From positions 64,479 through 128,478 of the forward strand of contig DASZXC010000003.1 of assembly GCA_035546035.1 (NCBI GenBank): DNA of 64,000 nt. The letters run 5' to 3'. A program made the translations under genes and the position numbers. The DNA is from Minisyncoccota bacterium. Lineage in GTDB: Bacteria > Patescibacteriota > Minisyncoccia > Phycocordibacterales > UBA6065. Every line of letters starts with the position of its first letter. The first letter of the stretch is position 1. Below the pieces are notes generated by a model, which saw nothing but the letters and a program-made list of their open reading frames with translations, had not been told where the DNA came from and searched no databases. Of the stretch, positions 11,219-19,571 are shown in pieces.

Positions 11219-12415
11219 TTATATCCGCGGGCCGAGAGGGAGAGTGCCGACGGCTTTAAGAGGCACGCCGGCGTCTGTAGCTTTATTCCGATTGAAATAT
11301 CCTGCCAGGGCGATCATAAGGGCGTTGTCTGTCGAATGATCGATGCGGGGCAAGAGGAGCTTGATCGAGCATTCCTGCGCGAGCGTCTCGAGCGCCGTCC
11401 GGATATGCCCATTCGCTATGACGCCACCGCCGATGACGAGCGTGCCCGGCGCATAGCCTTCAATGGCTTTTCGCATCTTGGCTATGACGATGTCGGTAAC
11501 GGAGTCTTCGATCTCGCGGGCATATGCGCGGACGAGATCGGGGGTCAGCTCTTTTTCTTTCTTCGCTGCGTATAGAACGGCGGTCTTCAGTCCCGAGAAT
11601 GAGAAATCCAACGAATCGGAATCAAGCATCGGTCTGGGTAGGGGGGTCGCAAGCTTTATGCCTTGCGCGCGAGCCTCCGCGGCGAGCGCGCCGATTCTCG
11701 GTCCGCCCGGGTACGGCAGCTTCAGGACGCGCGCGGTCTTGTCGAAGCATTCGCCGATCGCGTCATCGAGCGTCTCGCCGATGATTTTGTACGAGCCGGC
11801 CTTCTCCATGAGAACTATCTGCGTGTGGCCGCCGGAGATAAGGAGCGAGAGGGCAGGATATGCGATATTTTCTCCGAGAAGCTTGAAATGCGCGCTCGCG
11901 TCGCCTGTATTCTCAATAAGAGCCGCGAGGATATGTCCCTCCATATGGTTGCAGGGCACGATCGGTACGTTCCACAGCATCGAAAGTGCCCGCGCGAAAT
12001 TGATGCCGACCCAAAGCGCGGGCTCAAGTCCAGGACCGATAGTCACCGCGATGCGGTCTATGTCAGGGCGGGCGATGGACGGCACGGATCTCTTGAACGC
12101 TTCGAGAAGCTCCGTCTCGCGCGACAATATTTCCCCGACCGCGGCGGGGATTTTCTGCTCTTTTGTCGTCGCTGCCGCGTTCGAAATCATTCCCGCCTGT
12201 TCGAGCGTCTTCATCAGAATAGGGATCAGGTTTATCTGATGCTCGCGCTTCGCGAGCGTAGGGAAGACGCCGCCATAGGCAGCATGGACGTCTATCTGCG
12301 AATGGACGGTGTTGCCCAGCACATGCGCCGTGCCTTTCGCTTCGTCGAAACGGACGACCGACACTGCCGTCTCGTCGCACGAAGTCTCGATGCCGAGTAC
12401 CGTCAGGGTTTTCAT
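11219..12415 (-). CDS. tsaD: tRNA N6-adenosine threonylcarbamoyltransferase TsaD
   Basis: LGIETSCDETAVS start and HMEGH metal motif. The track ORF extends to 12475 through the tRNA-Val, so the true start is taken at the internal Met (MKTLTVLGIETSCDET). Confidence 0.8.
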   Translation of the reverse strand: MKTLTVLGIETSCDETAVSVVRFDEAKGTAHVLGNTVHSQIDVHAAYGGVFPTLAKREHQINLIPILMKTLEQAGMISNAAATTKEQKIPAAVGEILSRETELLEAFKRSVPSIARPDIDRIAVTIGPGLEPALWVGINFARALSMLWNVPIVPCNHMEGHILAALIENTGDASAHFKLLGENIAYPALSLLISGGHTQIVLMEKAGSYKIIGETLDDAIGECFDKTARVLKLPYPGGPRIGALAAEARAQGIKLATPLPRPMLDSDSLDFSFSGLKTAVLYAAKKEKELTPDLVRAYAREIEDSVTDIVIAKMRKAIEGYAPGTLVIGGGVIANGHIRTALETLAQECSIKLLLPRIDHSTDNALMIALAGYFNRNKATDAGVPLKAVGTLPLGPRI

Positions 12416-12490
12416 GGTGCGCGGTATAGGACTTGAACCTATGACCCTCTCAACGTCAATGAGATGCTCTACCAACTGAGCTAACCGCGC
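12416..12490 (-). tRNA. tRNA-Val (anticodon GAC)
   Basis: Reverse complement folds as GCGCGGT..GCTCAGTTGGTAGAGC..TTGACGT..GGTTCAAGTCC..ACCGCGCACC. Confidence 0.75.
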
Positions 12491-12541
12491 TTATATTCAG
12501 GCTGTAAGGCCTACTTTACACGAAATCGAGGCTTTTTCAAC

Positions 12542-12877
12542 CTATTTTGCTGCAGGCGGGTCCTTCGGCCTGTCGAACAGGTCGGCGGCCTTCTTGATGA
12601 CGAAATAGACGACGAGAGCGAGGATAAGGAAATTGACCGCGAGCGATATGAAATTGCCGTATTTGATGACCGAGCCGTCTATCGTGACTGAAAGATTGGC
12701 GAGATCGCTGAATTGACCGAATATGAGGCCGATCGTCGGATTTATGATGTCGACGACGAGAGAATTGACCAGGTCGGACATCGCTTTACCCAAAATAAAA
12801 CCGACGGCGAAACCGATGACGCCCTGGGTCCTCACGAAATGTATGAAACCTCTGAATTGTTCGCGGATGATATTCAT
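12542..12877 (-). CDS. mscL: large-conductance mechanosensitive channel MscL
   Basis: Starts MNIIREQFRGFIHFVRTQGVIGFAVGFILG and has a C-terminal helix. Internal Met taken as the start. Confidence 0.75.
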   Translation of the reverse strand: MNIIREQFRGFIHFVRTQGVIGFAVGFILGKAMSDLVNSLVVDIINPTIGLIFGQFSDLANLSVTIDGSVIKYGNFISLAVNFLILALVVYFVIKKAADLFDRPKDPPAAK

Positions 12878-13595
12878 ATGTCGATGATATTGGCGGGCTA
12901 CTCGGGTATGGTACCCACACCTCGAGGCTTTGTAAGGGTATTTTAGCACGTTTGAGCCGACCCATTTGAGGTTTGTGGGTCGGGGTCTATATTTCCGAAG
13001 TTGGCACAATTTGGCACACGAAAAGGCACTGTTTCAAACAAGCGTTCCAAAGGCACTTTGGGGTATGCCCCGCTAGGAGCCATAAGGGTATTTTGAGGAT
13101 ATTGGAACAGCACACTGTTCCGAGGGACTGTGCCAATTTGATTTGAGAGAAAAAACATAGAATTGACACAGCGTATTGGACCGCTACAATTAGGATAACT
13201 TGAGCGATCAAGTGCCGTTCATTCCAAGACAAATACGTACTTGAGAGAATTCGATACGCTCTGCTTCTGTCTTGTCGGCGCATCAAGACCTCCGCACCCA
13301 ACGTTGCAACTGGGGTGGAAGCGGACGCACGATTTCTCTCGCCATCTTCTGATGGACAGGTACTTCTCTCATACCTTCGAAGCCGTTGCAGAATCCGCAC
13401 TGTCAAAATAGCGGAAGTTAAATAAACGAATAGGAGGGGTTGAAGATTTCACTGGGGTAACAAATGACTAACGCTTTTTTGCGCGTCTTTGTTATTCAAG
13501 TGAAGCACTCGACCCTTTGAATACCAAAAGACCAGCACTTTGCGTGCTGGTCTTTTGTTTTGGATGCGGATTATTAAGTTAATCAACACGCATCC

Positions 13596-14882
13596 ATGTC
13601 CAAACAGACACCACTGGTGTGGCGCACCGAAAAACGCCGAGTAAACGATCTTCTACCCTACGAGAAGAATCCGAGAAAGATAACGGATAAGCAGATGGAA
13701 GACCTCAAAGAGAGCTTGAAGAAGTTCAACCTTGCGGAGATTCCTGCGATTAACCTAGACGGCAAGATAGTCGCTGGCCATCAGCGCATCAAAGCCCTTC
13801 AGCTCCTTGGTCGAGGAGAGGAAGAAATAGAAATCAGAATCCCTAACAGAAAGCTCTCTGCTTCAGAATTCAAGGAATACCTTCTCACCTCAAATCGCTC
13901 GGGCGGATCATGGGATTGGGAAATCCTTGCGAGCGACTTCGATATCGACACCCTGCTCGCTTCGGGATTCGACTCGACCGACCTGACCAACATCTTTGAC
14001 GATTCACTCGAAGTGACCGACGACAACTTCGACGAAGAAAAAGAGTTGGAGAAAATCAAAGAAACCGATATCAAATTCGGCGACTACTTCGCTCTTGGTC
14101 GTCACCGATTGCTCTGTGGTAACTCGATGGATCAGAATATGGTCAAGTTCCTCATGAATGGCAACGAAGCGGACTTGATCAACACCGACCCTCCGTACAA
14201 CATCGGCCTCTCATATGACAAAGGTGTCGGCAACAAGGCGAAGTATGGCGGCACAACTGATGACAACAAATCCGATGCCGAGTACCGAACCTTCCTGAAG
14301 ACCCTTATCGAAAATGCCCTCGCCGTCTCAAAGAAGGACTGTCACGTCTTCTTCTGGAACGACGAGACGCACGTATACATCCTCCAAGAGCTGTACAAGG
14401 AGCTTGGCATCGACTCCAAGCGCCTTTGCCTGTGGATCAAAGACAACGCAAATCCGACACCTGGAATCGCCTTTAACAAAGTGACCGAGTACTGCGTGTA
14501 CGGCACTCGCGGCAAACCCTATCTCTCCGACAAGGTAAAGAACTTGAATGAGATCCTCAACAAGGAAACAACTAGTGGCAACCGACTGACCGAGGATATT
14601 CTCGACCTCCTGAATATCTGGCTTGTTAAGCGTTTGCCATCACAGGAATACGCTCACCCTACGCAGAAGCCTCCGACACTTCACGAAAAGGCATTGAGGC
14701 GATGCTCTCGCCCAGGAGACATAGTCCTCGATCTCACTGGCGGATCAGGAAGCATTCTCTCTGCCTGCGAACAGCTCAAACGAACGGCCTATGTTGTCGA
14801 GATGGAGCCGATCTTCTGCCAATTGATTATTAACAGATTTAAGCAAATAGCACCCCATGAAAAAGTCACCAAACTTAATTAA
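13596..14882 (+). CDS. ParB-like nuclease domain fused to a DNA (N6-adenine/N4-cytosine) methyltransferase
   Basis: N-terminal ParB/Srx motifs (NPR, GHQRIKA). C-terminal beta-class amino-MTase with motif IV DPPY (INTDPPYN) ahead of motif I (DLTGGSGS). Confidence 0.75.
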   Translation: MSKQTPLVWRTEKRRVNDLLPYEKNPRKITDKQMEDLKESLKKFNLAEIPAINLDGKIVAGHQRIKALQLLGRGEEEIEIRIPNRKLSASEFKEYLLTSNRSGGSWDWEILASDFDIDTLLASGFDSTDLTNIFDDSLEVTDDNFDEEKELEKIKETDIKFGDYFALGRHRLLCGNSMDQNMVKFLMNGNEADLINTDPPYNIGLSYDKGVGNKAKYGGTTDDNKSDAEYRTFLKTLIENALAVSKKDCHVFFWNDETHVYILQELYKELGIDSKRLCLWIKDNANPTPGIAFNKVTEYCVYGTRGKPYLSDKVKNLNEILNKETTSGNRLTEDILDLLNIWLVKRLPSQEYAHPTQKPPTLHEKALRRCSRPGDIVLDLTGGSGSILSACEQLKRTAYVVEMEPIFCQLIINRFKQIAPHEKVTKLN

Positions 14883-15615
14883 GGCTGGAGATATCTTTCG
14901 ACTTGGAGATCACGTTATCGCTTGTGGCGATTCGAGAGACAAGGAATTTGTAGCGAGAGTCATCGGCAAGCACAAAATCAAAGCCGTCATTTCCGATCCT
15001 CCATATGGAGTGGCAGTTGCCGAGAGCAAACAAAACTTCAAAGCATTGCTTAAAGACAAGAAGATCGAGAATGATCATCTGCAAAGCGACGAGGAATATA
15101 AAAAGTTCACTGAAGATTGGCTTGGTGCTGTGACTCCGCATCTCGAAAGGAAGAACGCCATCTACATCTTCAATTCAGACAAGATGATCTTTGCATTGCG
15201 TGACGGAATGAAATCAATCGGATGCAAATTCGCACAGCTCATCGTCTGGGTGAAGACTCAGGCGGTTGTCGGACGAATGGATTATGCACCGATGCATGAA
15301 CTCATCGCATATGGGTGGTACGGAACGCACGAATTTCTGAAGTCGAAAGACAAATCAGTCATCGTGCATCCTAAGCCAACTAAAAGCCCCCTTCATCCCA
15401 CGACAAAGCCTGTGCCGCTCATCAGGCATTTGATTCTCAACAGCACTCGCATTGGCGATGTTGTCTATGACTGTTTCCTCGGCTCGGGAACGTGCCTTCT
15501 TGCGTGCGAACAGACGAAAAGAATCTGCATTGGAATCGAGCTTGATGCCGAATATGTGCAGACAGCCATACATCGCTGGGAAAAATTATCAGGACTAACC
15601 GCAATAAAGATATGA
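14857..15615 (+). CDS. DNA methyltransferase (beta-class N6A/N4C)
   Basis: ISDPPYG motif IV, HPTTKP and DCFLGSGT motif I. Overlaps the upstream MTase gene by 26 nt. Confidence 0.7.
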   Translation: MKKSPNLIKAGDIFRLGDHVIACGDSRDKEFVARVIGKHKIKAVISDPPYGVAVAESKQNFKALLKDKKIENDHLQSDEEYKKFTEDWLGAVTPHLERKNAIYIFNSDKMIFALRDGMKSIGCKFAQLIVWVKTQAVVGRMDYAPMHELIAYGWYGTHEFLKSKDKSVIVHPKPTKSPLHPTTKPVPLIRHLILNSTRIGDVVYDCFLGSGTCLLACEQTKRICIGIELDAEYVQTAIHRWEKLSGLTAIKI

Positions 15616-16004
15616 AAAGAACATCAACCATTCGCAGAAATACTGCCGAGAAGAAAGTACTTCTCGAACAGCTTAGAAAAATACCTATCGTGCAAATTGC
15701 CTGCGAGCGAGCAGACATCGGGCGCACCACGTACTACCGATGGCGACGCGAGGATGAGAAGTTCAAGAAATTGGCAGACGAAGCGATGCAGGATGGCGAG
15801 GAGATGATCAACGACTTGAGCGAATCGCAACTGATTACCCTCATCAAGGAAAAGAACTTCTCTGCGATTCAGCTCTGGCTAAGGCAACACCATCCGAAGT
15901 ACCGGACAAAGGTCGAACTTACTGCAAAGATCGAGGACGAGTCTCTCACTCCCGAAGAAGAAAACCTCGTTAGAAAAGCCTTAGGAATAGACGACCATGC
16001 ATAA
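15612..16004 (+). CDS. phage terminase small subunit-like HTH protein
   Basis: 130 aa with N-terminal HTH (GRTTYYRWRRED), directly upstream of and overlapping the large terminase gene. Confidence 0.45.
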   Translation: MKRTSTIRRNTAEKKVLLEQLRKIPIVQIACERADIGRTTYYRWRREDEKFKKLADEAMQDGEEMINDLSESQLITLIKEKNFSAIQLWLRQHHPKYRTKVELTAKIEDESLTPEEENLVRKALGIDDHA

Positions 16005-18093
16005 TCACGACACAGAGGTTTCGCTTGAGAAGATCGATGAGATCGTACAAAACCGACAGATCAGGCGAGCGATCACCAGAGCCTGCCATCACTGGTTCTT
16101 CCACATCTACTTCTCGCATTACATCAAGTACAAGACCGCAAGATTTCATAAGGAACTGTTCGAGTTGACCGAAGATACGACTCACAAGACAACCGTCATC
16201 GAGGCGTTCCGAGGATCGGGCAAGACCACGATCATGGGAACTTCCTACGCCATCTGGTCTATTCTCGGATGCCAGCAGAAGAAATTCGTGCTCATCATCG
16301 CCAAGACCGAAAGTCAGGCAAGACAGTATTTGGCAAACATAAAGCTCGAACTTGAAAACAACCGATTGCTTCGGTTGGACTTGGGACCATTCGAAGAACC
16401 GAACGACGAATGGCGAGCAGTTTCTATCGTGATCCCAAAGTACGGTGCGAGAATCACAGTGGCCTCGATAGACAACTCGATTCGAGGTATCAAGCACGGA
16501 GCGCATCGTCCTGATCTCATCATCGCAGACGACCTTGAGGACTTGGATATCGTAAAGACCCAAGAAAGCCGTGACAAGATATTTAACTGGCTCATGGGTG
16601 ACATCATTCCTCTCGGAGACAAGGATACGAGGATGATCGTTATAGGTACTAAACTCCATAACGACTCCGTCATTGCACGATTGAAGAAAGCTATTATCGA
16701 AGGACGAATGGATGGCATCGCAAAGTCATTTCCGTTCCTCCAAGAAGATGGGACCGCAACATGGCATGAGAAGTATTCGACTCAGGCAGACATAGACACG
16801 CTTCGAAAGTCCGTGCCAAGCTCGCAGGCATGGGAGCGAGAGTATATGCTCCGCATCATCGTCGATGACGATCAAGTCATACGACCCGAGTGGATTCGTT
16901 ACTATGACTCGCTTCCGTCTGATGCATACCGATTCGCGGCGACTGGCATTGACCCCGCAATCAGCGAGAAAGAAACGGCGGATTACACCTCGATGGTTTC
17001 AGGAAAGATATATGGCAGGAAGAAAAACCTAAAGATTTATATTCTGCCGAATCCTGTGAACGAGCGGATGGATTTCCCGAAGACCATCGAGCGTATCAAG
17101 TCACTTTCTCGATTGCTTGGAAACGCACACGTATGGATTGAGAACGTGGGATACCAGAAGTCGATCATAGATCATCTACGTTCAGAGAACTTTCCTGCAA
17201 AGGAATATAAGTCTCATGGATCAGACAAAAGGGCGAGACTCTCATTGGTGTCCCATCTTGTGCAGTCAGGCACGGTACTCTTCCCGAGAGTCGGCGCAGA
17301 GAAACTGATATCCCAGCTCATAGGTTTTGGAACGGAAAAGCACGACGACCTTTCCGATGCTTTCTGTATCCTTGTTTCAAGCGTCATAGATCAGGAATCG
17401 AGCGTGCCGAAGGGATATCACCGACTGTTCAGCGAGGCGGTCATAGATGCAAGCTGTAGGGGCGATGCCGCATTTGCGGGAGAGAAGCGACTCGGTATTT
17501 CTATTGCCAATGCGTATCGGCCATATTCAGCCATAGTGTTGCGGAGCGATACTACAGCAAAGGTGCTTCATCACGGCTTTATTGATCCTGTCTCATTGGC
17601 AAAGAAAACGATAGAGCTTGCGAAGGCATACGAGATACCAATTTCTGATGAGAACATATTTGTTGATAAGACAGGAGAAGGACAGGAACTGTGCAGACTA
17701 CTCCGTCAATTCGCACAGGGACAGTTCGAGATTAGAAAATATGAGACAAGACAGAGATACGGCATTGAGATGAGCGAACCTCCGCAATTCGAGAATAATC
17801 TGTTTAGCGATAATTGGGCGCGGGCATATTCAAAGCTTGTGGGCTGGATCGAGAAAGGCGGCGCATTGCTTGGCAACCACGATTTCGACGATCTTCTTTA
17901 CATCTGCTACGCAGATCAGAGTGGAAAGAGAAAACTAATCGAACGAGAAGTGCTTGCAAGCGAAGGGATCGATACTTCGATACCCGATGCGCTTGCACTT
18001 ACGATTGCAAAAGACAAACGAGTGATTAGCAGGCCAAATGAAGATGATTACTGGGAGGAGGATTCACCGCAGTATCCAACGATCGGGATATAA
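15997..18093 (+). CDS. phage terminase large subunit
   Basis: Walker A RGSGKTT, Walker B DLIIADDLED, RNase-H-like nuclease motif TGIDPA..DYTS. Confidence 0.7.
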   Translation: MHNHDTEVSLEKIDEIVQNRQIRRAITRACHHWFFHIYFSHYIKYKTARFHKELFELTEDTTHKTTVIEAFRGSGKTTIMGTSYAIWSILGCQQKKFVLIIAKTESQARQYLANIKLELENNRLLRLDLGPFEEPNDEWRAVSIVIPKYGARITVASIDNSIRGIKHGAHRPDLIIADDLEDLDIVKTQESRDKIFNWLMGDIIPLGDKDTRMIVIGTKLHNDSVIARLKKAIIEGRMDGIAKSFPFLQEDGTATWHEKYSTQADIDTLRKSVPSSQAWEREYMLRIIVDDDQVIRPEWIRYYDSLPSDAYRFAATGIDPAISEKETADYTSMVSGKIYGRKKNLKIYILPNPVNERMDFPKTIERIKSLSRLLGNAHVWIENVGYQKSIIDHLRSENFPAKEYKSHGSDKRARLSLVSHLVQSGTVLFPRVGAEKLISQLIGFGTEKHDDLSDAFCILVSSVIDQESSVPKGYHRLFSEAVIDASCRGDAAFAGEKRLGISIANAYRPYSAIVLRSDTTAKVLHHGFIDPVSLAKKTIELAKAYEIPISDENIFVDKTGEGQELCRLLRQFAQGQFEIRKYETRQRYGIEMSEPPQFENNLFSDNWARAYSKLVGWIEKGGALLGNHDFDDLLYICYADQSGKRKLIEREVLASEGIDTSIPDALALTIAKDKRVISRPNEDDYWEEDSPQYPTIGI

Positions 18094-18115
18094 ATTTATA
18101 TTCTTAGGTGCTTAC

Positions 18116-18520
18116 CTAACTGAAATTGATCAAAAAGTTATACATTCCCATACCGCACACTCCCTGCAAAGGCTCTCCAGCTTTCGGAGTTCCAATGTCA
18201 ATCGTTTCTTCTCCTGTCTGCGGAAGAATCTTCTGGTAGCCAATTGAGCGAATCGCAAGTGAGGCCGAACAGTCATAGGTGCCGTTGGTCTTCACGATGA
18301 GCTTTGTCGGGATATTGGCTTTGGCCGTAGAGATTTTTGGAGAATAACCCGCCTTCGCATCAATCGTGATGTACTGAACACCATCTCGTATCTCAACGTT
18401 TTGGGCCGCTTGCGTAGAGGCAGTTGTATTAGCCTCCTTCGACTTTGATCCACCGAGAAAAACGATGCCGAGACCGACGACAAGGGCGAATGTGATAATG
18501 ATGGAAGCGGTTTTGTTCAT
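18116..18520 (-). CDS. small secreted protein, possibly metal-binding (Cys/Met motif GVCGMGMY)
   Basis: N-terminal signal/TM segment. Convergent with the terminase and co-directional with the copper module. Confidence 0.3.
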   Translation of the reverse strand: MNKTASIIITFALVVGLGIVFLGGSKSKEANTTASTQAAQNVEIRDGVQYITIDAKAGYSPKISTAKANIPTKLIVKTNGTYDCSASLAIRSIGYQKILPQTGEETIDIGTPKAGEPLQGVCGMGMYNFLINFS

Positions 18521-18539
18521 AAAGTAATTATATTAAAAA

Positions 18540-19571
18540 TTAGATGTTGAATAAAGGACGGATGATGCCCAATCCCGCAAGACCAGCGAGAAGTGCAAAG
18601 ATACCGAGACCAATCACGACGATGCCTGCTGACTTAAAGAACAGCGGTGCATGTTTCGAATGAGCGAAAGACACTGAGCCGAAGGAAAGGAGCGCAAGCA
18701 TCGGCAGGGTTCCAAGGGCGAACGACAGCATAATCAAAAGTCCCGACATAAACGATCCGCTAGAGAGCGCGGCGACCTGCATTGCTTGGGTGAATCCACA
18801 TGGCAGGAAGAATGTGCCGATGCCGATAAGGATAGGAGCGAAGGTCGAGTGCTCCACTTTCCTGAAGTAAGCAAATATACCAGTCGGCAATGAGACTTTA
18901 TTTTTCTTGATGATGCCTACAAGATTGAGTCCGAGCAATATCATCACGGTTGATGCGATGAGTCCGAGAATCGCTGAAAACGTAAAGCTCACTCCGATTG
19001 CCTGACCGACAAGACCGAGCACACCTCCGAGAATTGCGAATCCGAAAAGTCGTCCACCGTGGAAGAGAACAAATTGTTTCTTGCTTGTTTTGGTACTTTC
19101 GTCCTGTGCGACTTTCGCCGAAAGAGAAAGGATCAGACCACCGACCACGGCGAGGCAACTTGATATCGATGCGATGAGTCCGATGACGAAACTTGTAGCC
19201 GGAGTTGTTGTACCGCCGATGCCGAGATTCAAGATGCCTGATTTTTGCAGAATGAAAAACAAGATCAGAAATGCTAGTCCAATTGGTATCGCTTTCCAAA
19301 TCACATCGTCCTGTTTTTTCTCAGCTACCTTTTTCTCTACCGAGAGCATGTAGCCGTTCTTTTTGATCTTCTCTGTAAGCTCTTTTGCCATCAGTTCAGG
19401 GTTTTGATCGCTATCGGTCTCGATGGTGACTGTCTCTTTTTTGAGATCAACTACCGACTTCTTGATGAAATCCTCCTCGCCCAAAATATCCTCAATAAGA
19501 ATCTTGCATGAGGCGCAATGGGTACCGGAAACGTGGAATGTAAGTGTCTTCATAGAATTATAATTTTGCAT
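18540..19571 (-). CDS. HMA-domain fused to CcdA/DsbD-like thiol-disulfide transmembrane protein
   Basis: N-terminal heavy-metal-associated fold (HVSGTHCASC), then a polytopic membrane domain with conserved TM cysteines (ISSCLA, FLPCGF). Confidence 0.5.
   Translation of the reverse strand: MQNYNSMKTLTFHVSGTHCASCKILIEDILGEEDFIKKSVVDLKKETVTIETDSDQNPELMAKELTEKIKKNGYMLSVEKKVAEKKQDDVIWKAIPIGLAFLILFFILQKSGILNLGIGGTTTPATSFVIGLIASISSCLAVVGGLILSLSAKVAQDESTKTSKKQFVLFHGGRLFGFAILGGVLGLVGQAIGVSFTFSAILGLIASTVMILLGLNLVGIIKKNKVSLPTGIFAYFRKVEHSTFAPILIGIGTFFLPCGFTQAMQVAALSSGSFMSGLLIMLSFALGTLPMLALLSFGSVSFAHSKHAPLFFKSAGIVVIGLGIFALLAGLAGLGIIRPLFNI

Noticed and set aside
12987-13406. 139-aa minus-strand ORF in the mscL-to-MTase intergenic region
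   Set aside because: Cys/Arg-rich, no motifs. The region is better explained as non-coding island-boundary sequence containing repeats (taagggtatttt x2, ggcacaatttggcaca / tgtgccaatttg inverted pair) and a terminator hairpin at 13532-13562.
18038-18247. 69-aa plus ORF overlapping the terminase 3' end and the small secreted-protein gene
   Set aside because: It is embedded in two better-supported genes and has an Arg/Ser-rich composition.
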